Assembly (NCBI GenBank): GCA_028066245.1
Contig: JALCBR010000008.1
Span: 10,771 to 74,770, forward strand
DNA length: 64,000 nucleotides
DNA from: Pirellulales bacterium
GTDB lineage: Bacteria > Planctomycetota > Planctomycetia > Pirellulales > S012-138
Direction: 5' to 3'
Shown: piece by piece, positions 40,472-49,293 of the stretch
How the letters are laid out: each line of letters starts with the position of its first letter
Numbering within the stretch: position 1 is the stretch's first letter
Notes under the pieces: generated by a model
What the model was told of the DNA's origin: nothing
Databases searched by the model: none
What the model saw: only the letters and a program-made list of their open reading frames with translations
Position numbers and translations under genes: made by a program

Positions 40472-41104
40472 ATGAGCATGTCGAAGGAAAGTCAAATTCC
40501 TCCCTGGGTATCGGTCGAGGCAACCAAAGCGTTGAACCAAGCCACTGCCGAAGGCGAGTCACAGAAGATCGAATTCAAAGAAATAGTCCCTTCGAACGGA
40601 CACGATTTGGCGAAAGAGATTGCAGCATTCGCAACATCTGGCGGCGGGAAAATCTACATCGGAGTAGCAAAGACAGGAGTCGTCATAGGGCTGGAAGCGG
40701 TTGAAACCTCTGAGGCGCGTGAGCAGCTCTGCGACCGGATACAGGGAATCGCTGCATCAGGTGTTGTTCCTGCTGTAAGAAACGTCATATCGACATTCGC
40801 ATCGGACGACGGGAAACACGCGATTTTGATTGACGTGCCGAAACAAAATGCACCCATCTATTATGTGTCACATAAACCATACTTAAGAGATGGAGCATTA
40901 TCACGACCCGCTACGCCTGAAGAGGTGATTGATTTAGTGTGGTCTCATGGAAGCTCTGCTCACAGACGCAAGTTGGAAGAGCTCAAAGAGAAAATGTTCG
41001 AGCAACAACTTGAATCGCAGGCCAAACACGACGAAGAGGCCCGCGAAATGCTCAGATCGTTTCACGAAACAAACGAACGAATTCGGTCGCGCTACATTCC
41101 CTAG
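40472..41104 (+). CDS. AlbA_2 (Schlafen-type divergent AAA/DNA-binding) domain protein with coiled-coil tail
   Basis: ESQKIEFKEIVPSNGHDLAKEIAAFATSGGGKIYIGV...AILIDVP is typical of the AlbA_2 domain. The ORF is open from 40439. Confidence 0.55.
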   Translation: MSMSKESQIPPWVSVEATKALNQATAEGESQKIEFKEIVPSNGHDLAKEIAAFATSGGGKIYIGVAKTGVVIGLEAVETSEAREQLCDRIQGIAASGVVPAVRNVISTFASDDGKHAILIDVPKQNAPIYYVSHKPYLRDGALSRPATPEEVIDLVWSHGSSAHRRKLEELKEKMFEQQLESQAKHDEEAREMLRSFHETNERIRSRYIP

Positions 41105-41143
41105 ACCCTGGGAACCGCTGCTGCGGGCCGGTACAGTCGAAGT

Positions 41144-43177
41144 ATGACTCAGCACAGCAGTCGACGGCGGTATCGCGAGTATCGCGAGAGTGTGAAGGAG
41201 CGGCGGCTGAAACGGCGCGGCAAATCCGCTGCGGTCGATGACCAGGCCACAGGTTCTTCCGCCGGGACCGACAAACCGACCGAAGCGAAACCGTATACAG
41301 GCGGCAAGGACGAGTATGCACGAATCACTCGTAAGCCGACGCGACCGGTTGGGCAGTTGCTCAAGCGGTTCTTCCAGCTTTTGCGCGGTAACCGTGGCGC
41401 AGTCGCGTTCTCGCTCGCCACATTGACCGTTGCCACGCTCTTAGGTTTGATCCCCCCGGCGGCCACCAAGGTTGCCATTGATTATGTGCTTCCTGGCAAC
41501 CCACTGCCGGTTGAGGATGTCGCTGGGTTTCAAATTCCTACGGACCCGATGACCAGGCTGTGGCTGATGGCCGCCGTGGTCACTGTGATCTCGCTGGGCG
41601 GCACGCTGATCCATGTGTGGGGGCGGTGGCACGCCACCAAGACTGTCAATCGCGTGCAGGTCAAAGTTCGCCGCGATGTCTTCCGGCACACTTTGAGATT
41701 GCCGTTACATCGGATTTATGAACTCAAGTCCGGCGGCTCTGCCAGCTTGCTCCGTGAAGACGCCGGCGGCGCGGCCAGCCTGATCTTCAGCATGGTCTAC
41801 AATCCTTGGCGAGCGGTGATCCAGTTCTTGGGCAGCCTGCTGGTTTTGTTTTGGGTGGATTGGCGGATGATGCTGGGAGGAATGCTGCTGTTGCCGGCGG
41901 TGTTCATCACGCATCGCACTTGGATTAATCGCATCCGCCCGCTGTATCGAGACATTCGTGCCCGACGGCAAGATATCGATAGCCACGCTACAGAGACTTT
42001 CGGTGGCATGCGCGTGGTGCGCGTCTTCGGTCGGCAAAATACGGAGACCGGCCGCTTCGTCCGCGGCAACCATCTGATGGTTCGCCAGGCGCTGCACGTT
42101 TGGTGGTGGTCGCGGATCATCGAAATCATTTGGGAAGTTTTCATTCCGCTGGCATCCACTGGGCTGCTGCTCTACGGCGGATACGCCATCATGCAGGGAA
42201 GCTTGACGCTGGGCGACTTAATGATGTTTTTGTTCTACCTGGCGATGTTGTTGGGTCCGCTGGCGACGCTCGCCGCCAGTGCGACAACCTTCCAAAACAA
42301 CTTGGCCGGGCTGGACCGGATCTTGGATCTGTTGGATGAGCCGCGCGAAATGGAATCCACCGGCCAAACCATCCAGGTCAGTAAACAGTCCGCCGCCGGC
42401 AAGGTGGAACTTCGCAATGTCAGCTTCCGCTATCCGGAAAACGAAACCTGGGTGCTACGCGAAGTCAGCTTCACTGTTGAGCCAGGAGAGACAATTGCGC
42501 TCGTGGGACGGTCCGGAGCAGGCAAGACAACGATGTGCAACCTGATTGCCCGTTTCTTCGACCCGACCGAAGGTAAGATCCTGTTTGATGGTGTTGATCT
42601 GCGCGAGATCGATGTCGATAGCTACCGCCGGTTACTGGCGATGGTCGAACAGGACGTTTTTCTCTTCGACGGGACGATCGCGGAGAACATCGGCTATGCT
42701 CGCCGGGGCGCGGAGTTGGACGACATTCAACGAGCGGCGGCAGCGGCCAACGCCGCGGAGTTTATCTCCGCGTTTCCGCAAGGCTACGAAACGCGGATTG
42801 GCGAACGCGGCGTCAAGCTCAGCGGAGGGCAGCGGCAGCGGATTGCCATCGCCAGGGCCATTTTGGCCGATCCCACAATGCTGATTTTGGATGAAGCGAC
42901 CAGCAACCTGGACAGTGAAAGCGAACGATTGATCCAAAACAGCCTGCAGGAATTGATGTCACATCGGACGTCGTTCGTGATTGCTCACCGCCTGAGCACG
43001 ATCGCCCACGCGGATCGGATCATCGTCATCGAAGATGGGCGGATTGTAGAAACCGGCACTCACGAACAGCTCATGGCCGCCAGTGGGCATTATCGCCGGA
43101 TGGTCGAGATCCAGGTGGGAAAAGTCTCGCTGGAAGATGGCAATACGGTCAACTCGGGCCGACAGATGGTCGAATGA
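41144..43177 (+). CDS. ABC transporter, fused permease/ATPase (MsbA-type exporter)
   Basis: Six-helix TMD, Walker A GRSGAGKTT, signature LSGGQRQR, Walker B MLILDEATS, and an approximately 70-aa basic N-terminal extension. Confidence 0.9.
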   Translation: MTQHSSRRRYREYRESVKERRLKRRGKSAAVDDQATGSSAGTDKPTEAKPYTGGKDEYARITRKPTRPVGQLLKRFFQLLRGNRGAVAFSLATLTVATLLGLIPPAATKVAIDYVLPGNPLPVEDVAGFQIPTDPMTRLWLMAAVVTVISLGGTLIHVWGRWHATKTVNRVQVKVRRDVFRHTLRLPLHRIYELKSGGSASLLREDAGGAASLIFSMVYNPWRAVIQFLGSLLVLFWVDWRMMLGGMLLLPAVFITHRTWINRIRPLYRDIRARRQDIDSHATETFGGMRVVRVFGRQNTETGRFVRGNHLMVRQALHVWWWSRIIEIIWEVFIPLASTGLLLYGGYAIMQGSLTLGDLMMFLFYLAMLLGPLATLAASATTFQNNLAGLDRILDLLDEPREMESTGQTIQVSKQSAAGKVELRNVSFRYPENETWVLREVSFTVEPGETIALVGRSGAGKTTMCNLIARFFDPTEGKILFDGVDLREIDVDSYRRLLAMVEQDVFLFDGTIAENIGYARRGAELDDIQRAAAAANAAEFISAFPQGYETRIGERGVKLSGGQRQRIAIARAILADPTMLILDEATSNLDSESERLIQNSLQELMSHRTSFVIAHRLSTIAHADRIIVIEDGRIVETGTHEQLMAASGHYRRMVEIQVGKVSLEDGNTVNSGRQMVE

Positions 43178-43210
43178 GACGCTGTTTGACGGCGATCTCT
43201 TCAGAGTGTG

Positions 43211-44740
43211 TTAGCGGTTCCCTCCAGGGCCAAACTTGCCGACGGGGCGATAAAGTCCATAGTTTTCTTCGGCCAGGGTTTTGAGAAACCCTTCAAACGT
43301 GTTGTCCTTGTCTTCGTCCGGTTCGATGCCGATGGTGTAGATGGTGACGCGACGGGTGCGGTTGCCTTCTCGGACCGCTCCCACAATTTCATCCTTGTCC
43401 ACGATCTTGCCGACGGTTGGTGCGCCATCAGAGACAAAATAGATCGCCTCCAGGTTTTTGAAGCCAAACGTGGCTTCCAGCGCATCGTAAGACGCCGTGT
43501 AGTTGATCGGTTCCAGCGAGTTGATCCACATCGCGGCGGAGGCTTTGGCGGGGGTTGTGGCTTTTTGTAGCACGCGTTGCCAGGCGCCGGTGCTGGAATT
43601 GAACGCAACGATGCCAAAGGAAGTTTCTTCATCGAGCGAGTTAACGGCGTCAATCAATTCCAGCTTGGCGGCATCCATGCGTCCGCGCTTCCGCATGCTG
43701 GCGGACGAGTCAATGACGAACACCAGTCGCCGGGCGAAGATCGGCAAGTCGTAATATGTTGAAGTTCCTTCCGCCGCAAACGCCGCCATGATCTCCTTGG
43801 GCGATGTCAACTGGCTAGGAAACTCAAAGCCGTCACGGTTCTTTTCCCACCAGGCATCCCAGGCTTCCAGGTTGCCACCGTAGCGTTCGCCCGAGAGAGC
43901 GGAGAGATACTTGATGGCGTCGCCTTGGACTTCACCGTCAATATTAGGCATCAGTTTCAGCAGTGTATCCACAGACTCTGGCGCGCGGATGGCAATGATC
44001 GCCTGCACCAGTCCACGGCGAACGCCGAAATCGTTGAGCAGCAAATCGCAATGTGTCAGTGTTCTCAGCGCAGAGAGGGCAAGTTCGTCGCCGCGTTCGC
44101 CCAGTCCATCGAGCACGCTGTTGAGCACAGTCATGTTGTTGGGCCGAACCGTGGCATGCGCATCAACCAGCTTGACGACTTCTGCCTGGATCGCTGGGTC
44201 CGACGTCATGGCCAATGCCGTCAGTAGTGTATAACTCGTCGCCGTCCAGCCACTCCGCAGCGCATCTTCGCGAAGCGTACTAAGAAAGTGGCGGCAGATG
44301 CGGGGATCCTGGTGGAAGCTGACAAGCGTTTCATGCGCAGCCTCGCGCACTTTCTGATCGGCGTCATCCAGCGCGCCGATGGCCATCCGCGCCGCCGGCA
44401 AAACAGGATAGTTTCGCAGGTCGATCATCACTTCCATGCGGTCAGCATCCACTCCGCTGCGAATCTTCTGTGCGAGCTTCCTCTGTACTCTTTGAAACTG
44501 TCGAGCCGCGTCCTTGGCACCTGTCTGCAGAGGTTCGGTTGCCGATTCGCGCGCCTGACTTTGGTTTGGCCTTTGATCGCCGGCACTTTGATCGACTGAT
44601 TGTTGGCCACCGTCTTGTGGTAGGTCTAAGGACGCCAGTGCCGAAGGTTCAGCTGGAGAGGATACAGCTAAAACTGCGACGATCAGACCAGCGATGGCCA
44701 AGAGTTGAAAACAGGAAAGCGCGCGGAACATTGGCTTCAT
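43211..44740 (-). CDS. secreted VWA-domain protein with HEAT-like repeats
   Basis: MIDAS motif VFVIDSSASM...GIVAFNSS. The N-terminal half is a helical repeat. The probable start MKPMFRALSCFQLLAIAGL (signal peptide) is at 44740; the ORF is open to 44824. Confidence 0.75.
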   Translation of the reverse strand: MKPMFRALSCFQLLAIAGLIVAVLAVSSPAEPSALASLDLPQDGGQQSVDQSAGDQRPNQSQARESATEPLQTGAKDAARQFQRVQRKLAQKIRSGVDADRMEVMIDLRNYPVLPAARMAIGALDDADQKVREAAHETLVSFHQDPRICRHFLSTLREDALRSGWTATSYTLLTALAMTSDPAIQAEVVKLVDAHATVRPNNMTVLNSVLDGLGERGDELALSALRTLTHCDLLLNDFGVRRGLVQAIIAIRAPESVDTLLKLMPNIDGEVQGDAIKYLSALSGERYGGNLEAWDAWWEKNRDGFEFPSQLTSPKEIMAAFAAEGTSTYYDLPIFARRLVFVIDSSASMRKRGRMDAAKLELIDAVNSLDEETSFGIVAFNSSTGAWQRVLQKATTPAKASAAMWINSLEPINYTASYDALEATFGFKNLEAIYFVSDGAPTVGKIVDKDEIVGAVREGNRTRRVTIYTIGIEPDEDKDNTFEGFLKTLAEENYGLYRPVGKFGPGGNR

Positions 44741-45046
44741 TTCTCCAAAGGCTGGCGCACAACTCATCAAGAAGGATGACGCCACGTGTACCAATCGCCT
44801 GGAAGATCCTCCGGGCGAAAACACTGACGATAGACCTGTCTAGTAAAGCCTAGCGTGTGCTTTGTAGACGTACAAGTTTTGCGCAGTGTTGAGCGAGCAC
44901 TGTGATGTTGCTAGCGATCAAGTCGGTTGGACAATAATTTGCGCGACTGATATCGTGTGATTCGTGGTGGGTGACCGAGATGTTTCGGTTTTCGCCCCTC
45001 CTGGCTTTGCTCTTTGCCTTCGCTTCGGCGATTTTGAGGATAAATC

Positions 45047-47581
45047 ATGTCTGTTGCTCTCATGGGACCGATCGAATTGCTGATGATCATGCTCATGGGC
45101 GGTAGTGTGCCCGTAGTCATGCCTCCTTTGCCGGCGGATGCGGGGATGATGAGCGTTGCGCCGTCAGAGTGCCTGTTCTATACGAGCTGGTATGGCATCG
45201 ATGATCCTCAGCAAGGTAGCGGCAATTCCACGGAAGCGCTGATGGCGGAACCGCAAGTACAGCAATTCTTGCAGATGATCGGCCGTGGGATTGAATCGAT
45301 GTTGGCCAGTGAAGACGCTCCACGAGATATGCGGGAAGGCGCGGCGATCTTTCTGCCGTTGATCAAGGATCTCTATCAGCGACCCGCCACGCTCTATGTT
45401 TCAGATGTCGAGCTGAGCGCTGTTGGGGCTTCCGTGGACGCAGCGATTGTTGTTCATTGTGGTGATCGTCGGGAAGCTCTGGTGGGTCACATGCAGAAGA
45501 TCGAAGCTCTGTTTGCGTCCTCGACCAATATGCCGGTCAACGAGATACAGCGCTCTGGCGTTGCTTTCCGCAAGTTCATGCTTCCGCCCGAAGCGCCCGA
45601 GATTGGCTGGGGAGTCTCTGGTGACTACTTGATCTTTTCCGTCGGCAGCGAGGTCTTTGACGGTGTCATTCAACGGACCAGCGCGAAGCCAGGTCCTGCT
45701 CCATGGTTGAAGGAGATGCACGCCAGCCTTGACGTAGCACGTCCCGGGTTCGTGCAGTATGTGAATGTGGCAAAAGTAATTGAATCAGTGACGATGCTAA
45801 TGCCATTTGGCGCTGACGAAGTGCACGCGACGATTCAACATCTTGGCCTCAACAGCATCAGTCACATGGCCACCATCCAGGGATATGATGCAGATAATGT
45901 GGTCAGCAAAACGCAAATTGCAACAACCGGCCCGCCGCAAGGTGCTCTGCAATTGCTCGCGGGAGAGCCGCTTTCACCATCTGACTTGCAAGATATCCCG
46001 GCTGATGCAAATCTGGCGTTTGCGCTGAAGATGGACCTGAACGCCAAAGCGGATCAGCTTGTTCGCCTTGCTGGTGCAATCGATCCGAACGCAGGGGCGG
46101 AGTTAGAGCGCGGCATGGCGGAGTTGAGTCGAGAAGCAGGGTTTGACATCCGAGAGGAGCTGTTGGATCCGCTCGGCGGAGTGTTTCGCGTATACAACTC
46201 GCCCGGTTCAGGCGGACTCATCGTGAGCGGGTTGACGATGGTTGCTGATGTGGATGACCATGCGCGATTGCATGCCACGCATGAGAGGATACTCGCCAAC
46301 ATGCGGCGTTCTTTCAAACACTACGGAGAAGGCGTTGGCCTCAGCACGTTGGATTTTGAAGGCATGAGCGTGCATACGCTATCTTTGGGAACGGAAACAC
46401 CGATTGCTCCCTCTTGGTGTTTGACGGAGAACCGGGTTGTCATTGGCCTGTATCCGCAATCTGTCAAGGCGTTCCTTTCACGAGACAGCGCCGAGCCGAG
46501 CTTGGCTGACAACCCTCAGATTCAGGCGGCATTCGCTGGCGATGATCCGCCCTATATGGTGAGCTATCAGGACACGCAAGACCTGATGCGGACGCTCTAT
46601 CCGTTGGTGCAGATGGTGACACCCATCTTGGCAAGTGAACTACGAAGGGATGGCTTTGAGTTTGATATCGCCGCGCTTCCCTCGGCCAATGCCATTTTGC
46701 CTCACATGACGCCCGGTGTGACAACTTGCACCGTGACAAGTGATGGGCTGATCTTTGAATCGCAACAATCTGTACCAGGCTTGTCCGCCCTGCCTGTTTT
46801 GGCGGTGCTTGGCATTGGCGTGGTGGCAAATACTGAGGAAGGGATCATCGACCTGGGCCCAGCCTACCCTGAGGCTCAGAACAACCTGCGGCAAATCGCC
46901 ATCGCGATGCACAACCATCACGACGTCAATGGCCGATTGCCTGCGGCAGTGAACGCAAACGCCAACGGCAAGCCCCTGCTGAGTTGGCGCGTGCACCTGC
47001 TTCCCTACCTTGAGCAACAAGCCTTGTACGAGCAGTTCCGCCTGGACGAGCCATGGGACAGCGAACACAACAAGACGTTGATTGTGCAGATGCCAGAGGT
47101 ATTCAATTCGCCCGGCGGCGCCGAGTTAGATGAAGGAATGACTTCAATTGTCGTGCCCACTGGAGATGAAACGATCTTTCCGATTGGCGGCGGCGGCCCT
47201 GGAAAAGGACTCTCCCTTTCCTCCATTCGTGATGGAACATCAAACACCGTGATGATTGTGGAAGCCGCGCCGGAGAATGCCGTGATTTGGACAAAGCCGG
47301 ACGATTGGAGATTTAACGCGGACAACCCGACAAAAGGTTTAGTTGGACACCGTCATGGCGGATTCCTGGCCGCGTTTGCAGACGCTCACGTGGCATTGAT
47401 CAGTGCAATAGTCCCAGCCGAGACGGTCAAGGCCATCTTCACACGTGACGGCGCAGAGCCGGTCGATGCATCCATGCTGGAAGATGGCCGAGCTGGCGAT
47501 TTCGACCGAGCCGTTCCTCCACCTGTCTTCTATGATGGTGGGGACGTGAAGGCGGTTGACCTCATCTTCGTTGGTGGGTGA
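45047..47581 (+). CDS. 844-aa protein: unknown N-terminal domain, internal pilin-like hydrophobic helix, C-terminal DUF1559/H-X9-DG domain
   Basis: GAGGA lies 6 nt before the ATG. The C-terminal part reads NNLRQIAIAMHNHHDVNGRLPA...LSWRVHLLPYLEQQALYEQF...SSIRDGTSNTVMIVEA...HRHGGFLAAFADAHV. Confidence 0.8.
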   Translation: MSVALMGPIELLMIMLMGGSVPVVMPPLPADAGMMSVAPSECLFYTSWYGIDDPQQGSGNSTEALMAEPQVQQFLQMIGRGIESMLASEDAPRDMREGAAIFLPLIKDLYQRPATLYVSDVELSAVGASVDAAIVVHCGDRREALVGHMQKIEALFASSTNMPVNEIQRSGVAFRKFMLPPEAPEIGWGVSGDYLIFSVGSEVFDGVIQRTSAKPGPAPWLKEMHASLDVARPGFVQYVNVAKVIESVTMLMPFGADEVHATIQHLGLNSISHMATIQGYDADNVVSKTQIATTGPPQGALQLLAGEPLSPSDLQDIPADANLAFALKMDLNAKADQLVRLAGAIDPNAGAELERGMAELSREAGFDIREELLDPLGGVFRVYNSPGSGGLIVSGLTMVADVDDHARLHATHERILANMRRSFKHYGEGVGLSTLDFEGMSVHTLSLGTETPIAPSWCLTENRVVIGLYPQSVKAFLSRDSAEPSLADNPQIQAAFAGDDPPYMVSYQDTQDLMRTLYPLVQMVTPILASELRRDGFEFDIAALPSANAILPHMTPGVTTCTVTSDGLIFESQQSVPGLSALPVLAVLGIGVVANTEEGIIDLGPAYPEAQNNLRQIAIAMHNHHDVNGRLPAAVNANANGKPLLSWRVHLLPYLEQQALYEQFRLDEPWDSEHNKTLIVQMPEVFNSPGGAELDEGMTSIVVPTGDETIFPIGGGGPGKGLSLSSIRDGTSNTVMIVEAAPENAVIWTKPDDWRFNADNPTKGLVGHRHGGFLAAFADAHVALISAIVPAETVKAIFTRDGAEPVDASMLEDGRAGDFDRAVPPPVFYDGGDVKAVDLIFVGG

Positions 47582-47643
47582 ACACCTCACGGTCTGAAGA
47601 CCCCCAACTCAGAGCATCGGCAAGAGGTGATCACGGCGTTCTA

Positions 47644-47679
47644 TTCGGTGATATCTCTGCATTCGGTGATATCTCTGCG
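47644..47679 (+). repeat. 18-bp tandem direct repeat x2 (TTCGGTGATATCTCTGCR)
   Basis: Read directly from the sequence. Each unit contains the palindrome GATATC. It lies in the AT-rich spacer upstream of the prepilin-like gene. Confidence 0.85.
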
Positions 47680-48098
47680 CACGACCAGCATGCCAACACA
47701 GTTGGCGGTGACTCTCGTGTTAAACTCTCGTTTTCGATTAGACCATCATTGAGTTTGGTGAATATATTAAAAAATTATTTTCTATTTAATATCCATCCAT
47801 TGGGGGGCACCAGTGAAAGTTCTTATTGGCATTGCTGTGCTGTAACGCATTGCCGAAGTGGGTGTTTGAGCGAAGCAATGAGATTAATGCAAGTACTGTC
47901 TTAGCGCATATGTTTTATCTGGATGTCGTGTCAACTCAATTTTTGAGTTCTGCGAGCCCGTGCGAGGCTTGATAGGCGACATGCGACACCAGAGGTTGCT
48001 ATTATGCGATTTTTGTCGTTGTCATAACTTGCTTCTTTTGCTGTTGTGCAACGTCAATTTTTTAGTTTCTTTCAGTTGCGAACAGAGAAGAGAGTAGC

Positions 48099-49022
48099 AT
48101 GAAGAAGCGTGGATTTACGTTAGTCGAATTACTGGTGGTGATTGCGATCATCGGCATCCTGATTGCGCTTTTGCTTCCAGCCATTCAGGCGGCGCGTGAA
48201 GCAGGGCGGCGAATGGACTGCTCATCCAAGTTGCACAACATGGGCTTGGCATTCCACAACCATCACGATGTTATTGGCTACTTGCCCACCGGGCACGGCA
48301 TATATTCGACGGGCTTGTTGAACCATATTCAGCCATACATGGAGCAGCAGAGTTCGACCGCGGCCTACAAGATCATTCATCCAGATTGGTTTTCACAGAA
48401 TGCCGGTCTTAGCCCGACCACATGGATTTCAATCGATAGTGCTTGGCAGGCGTCTCAAGCACGCTATGAGGTCTTTATCTGTCCTTCCGTCGATCCTAGT
48501 GCCCAAGATGCCCCCAAGATGTGGATGATGGAAATCGAACCGGGCACCGATACTGTGGACATGATTCCTGGTACAGACGGTAGTAGCGACGCTCCAGGCC
48601 TCGCTTCATACACCGCTTGTGCTGGTTCCGGATTTCACGGCATCGAGCGTATCAATGACCTCTTTGGAGATTTCAGTGAGGGTGTATTCACCATCAAACG
48701 CAAAAAATCCTTCAGCGACATCCTGGATGGCACCAGCAACACGCTGGCAATTGGTGAGTATATGGGAAGTCAAATCAACAATCGGCAGTGGGAGTGGACG
48801 CCAAGTTGGATGGGTGCCATTAAGATGTCCAGCAAGTTCACTCCTTGGAATCAGATTGGCAACGCCCCGATAGATCGATTCAGCAGCCCCCACCCACAAA
48901 TCACTCAGTTCGCCCTGGCTGACGCGTCGGTTCGACCGATTCGCAATTCCGTTTCCCATACCGTGTTCGTCTACGCCAACGGAATTCGGGACGGCTTGGT
49001 TGCCAACTTGAACGACTTCTAG
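48099..49022 (+). CDS. prepilin-type N-terminal methylation motif + DUF1559 (H-X9-DG) pseudopilin-like protein
   Basis: [55 protein letters not shown], with C-terminal [11 protein letters not shown]. Confidence 0.9.
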   Translation: MKKRGFTLVELLVVIAIIGILIALLLPAIQAAREAGRRMDCSSKLHNMGLAFHNHHDVIGYLPTGHGIYSTGLLNHIQPYMEQQSSTAAYKIIHPDWFSQNAGLSPTTWISIDSAWQASQARYEVFICPSVDPSAQDAPKMWMMEIEPGTDTVDMIPGTDGSSDAPGLASYTACAGSGFHGIERINDLFGDFSEGVFTIKRKKSFSDILDGTSNTLAIGEYMGSQINNRQWEWTPSWMGAIKMSSKFTPWNQIGNAPIDRFSSPHPQITQFALADASVRPIRNSVSHTVFVYANGIRDGLVANLNDF

Positions 49023-49174
49023 CGATGGTTGAAATGCCACCGTGACGTTTCGGCCTTGAGCCTCGTACGAGAGTGGAACTTTGTTCCCAAATCACAGCGA
49101 CTTTTAACACGTTGATGCTGCGCGAAAAAAACGCGGCCGCTCAAACCTCTCGGGCTCGATTGAATAAAAATACA

Positions 49175-49206
49175 GGCCGACGGAGCATTCGAGTGCTTCG
49201 TCGGCC
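49175..49206 (-). terminator. rho-independent terminator of yidC
   Basis: 13-bp stem GGCCGACGGAGCA / TGCTTCGTCGGCC (one G-U pair) with a 6-nt loop. The minus-strand 3' flank is UGUAUUUUUAUU. Confidence 0.65.
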
Positions 49207-49293
49207 GGGTGTTCGCATCCTGTATTAGCGACGCAGCTTGGCGAGAGAGTGAGTCTTGCTCGACTTGTAAAGAGTCGCAGCCGTTCCAAAGAC

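Noticed and set aside
44980-45105. 41-aa ORF, MFRFSPLLALLFAFASAIL..., resembling a signal peptide; it is out of frame with the start of the 844-aa DUF1559 gene and overlaps it, so a frameshift was considered
   Set aside because: The ATG at 45047 has its own GAGGA Shine-Dalgarno sequence at ideal spacing and an in-frame TAA just upstream. A fused product would carry two consecutive hydrophobic segments with no better logic. It is probably fortuitous. Checking read support around 45040-45050 would settle it.
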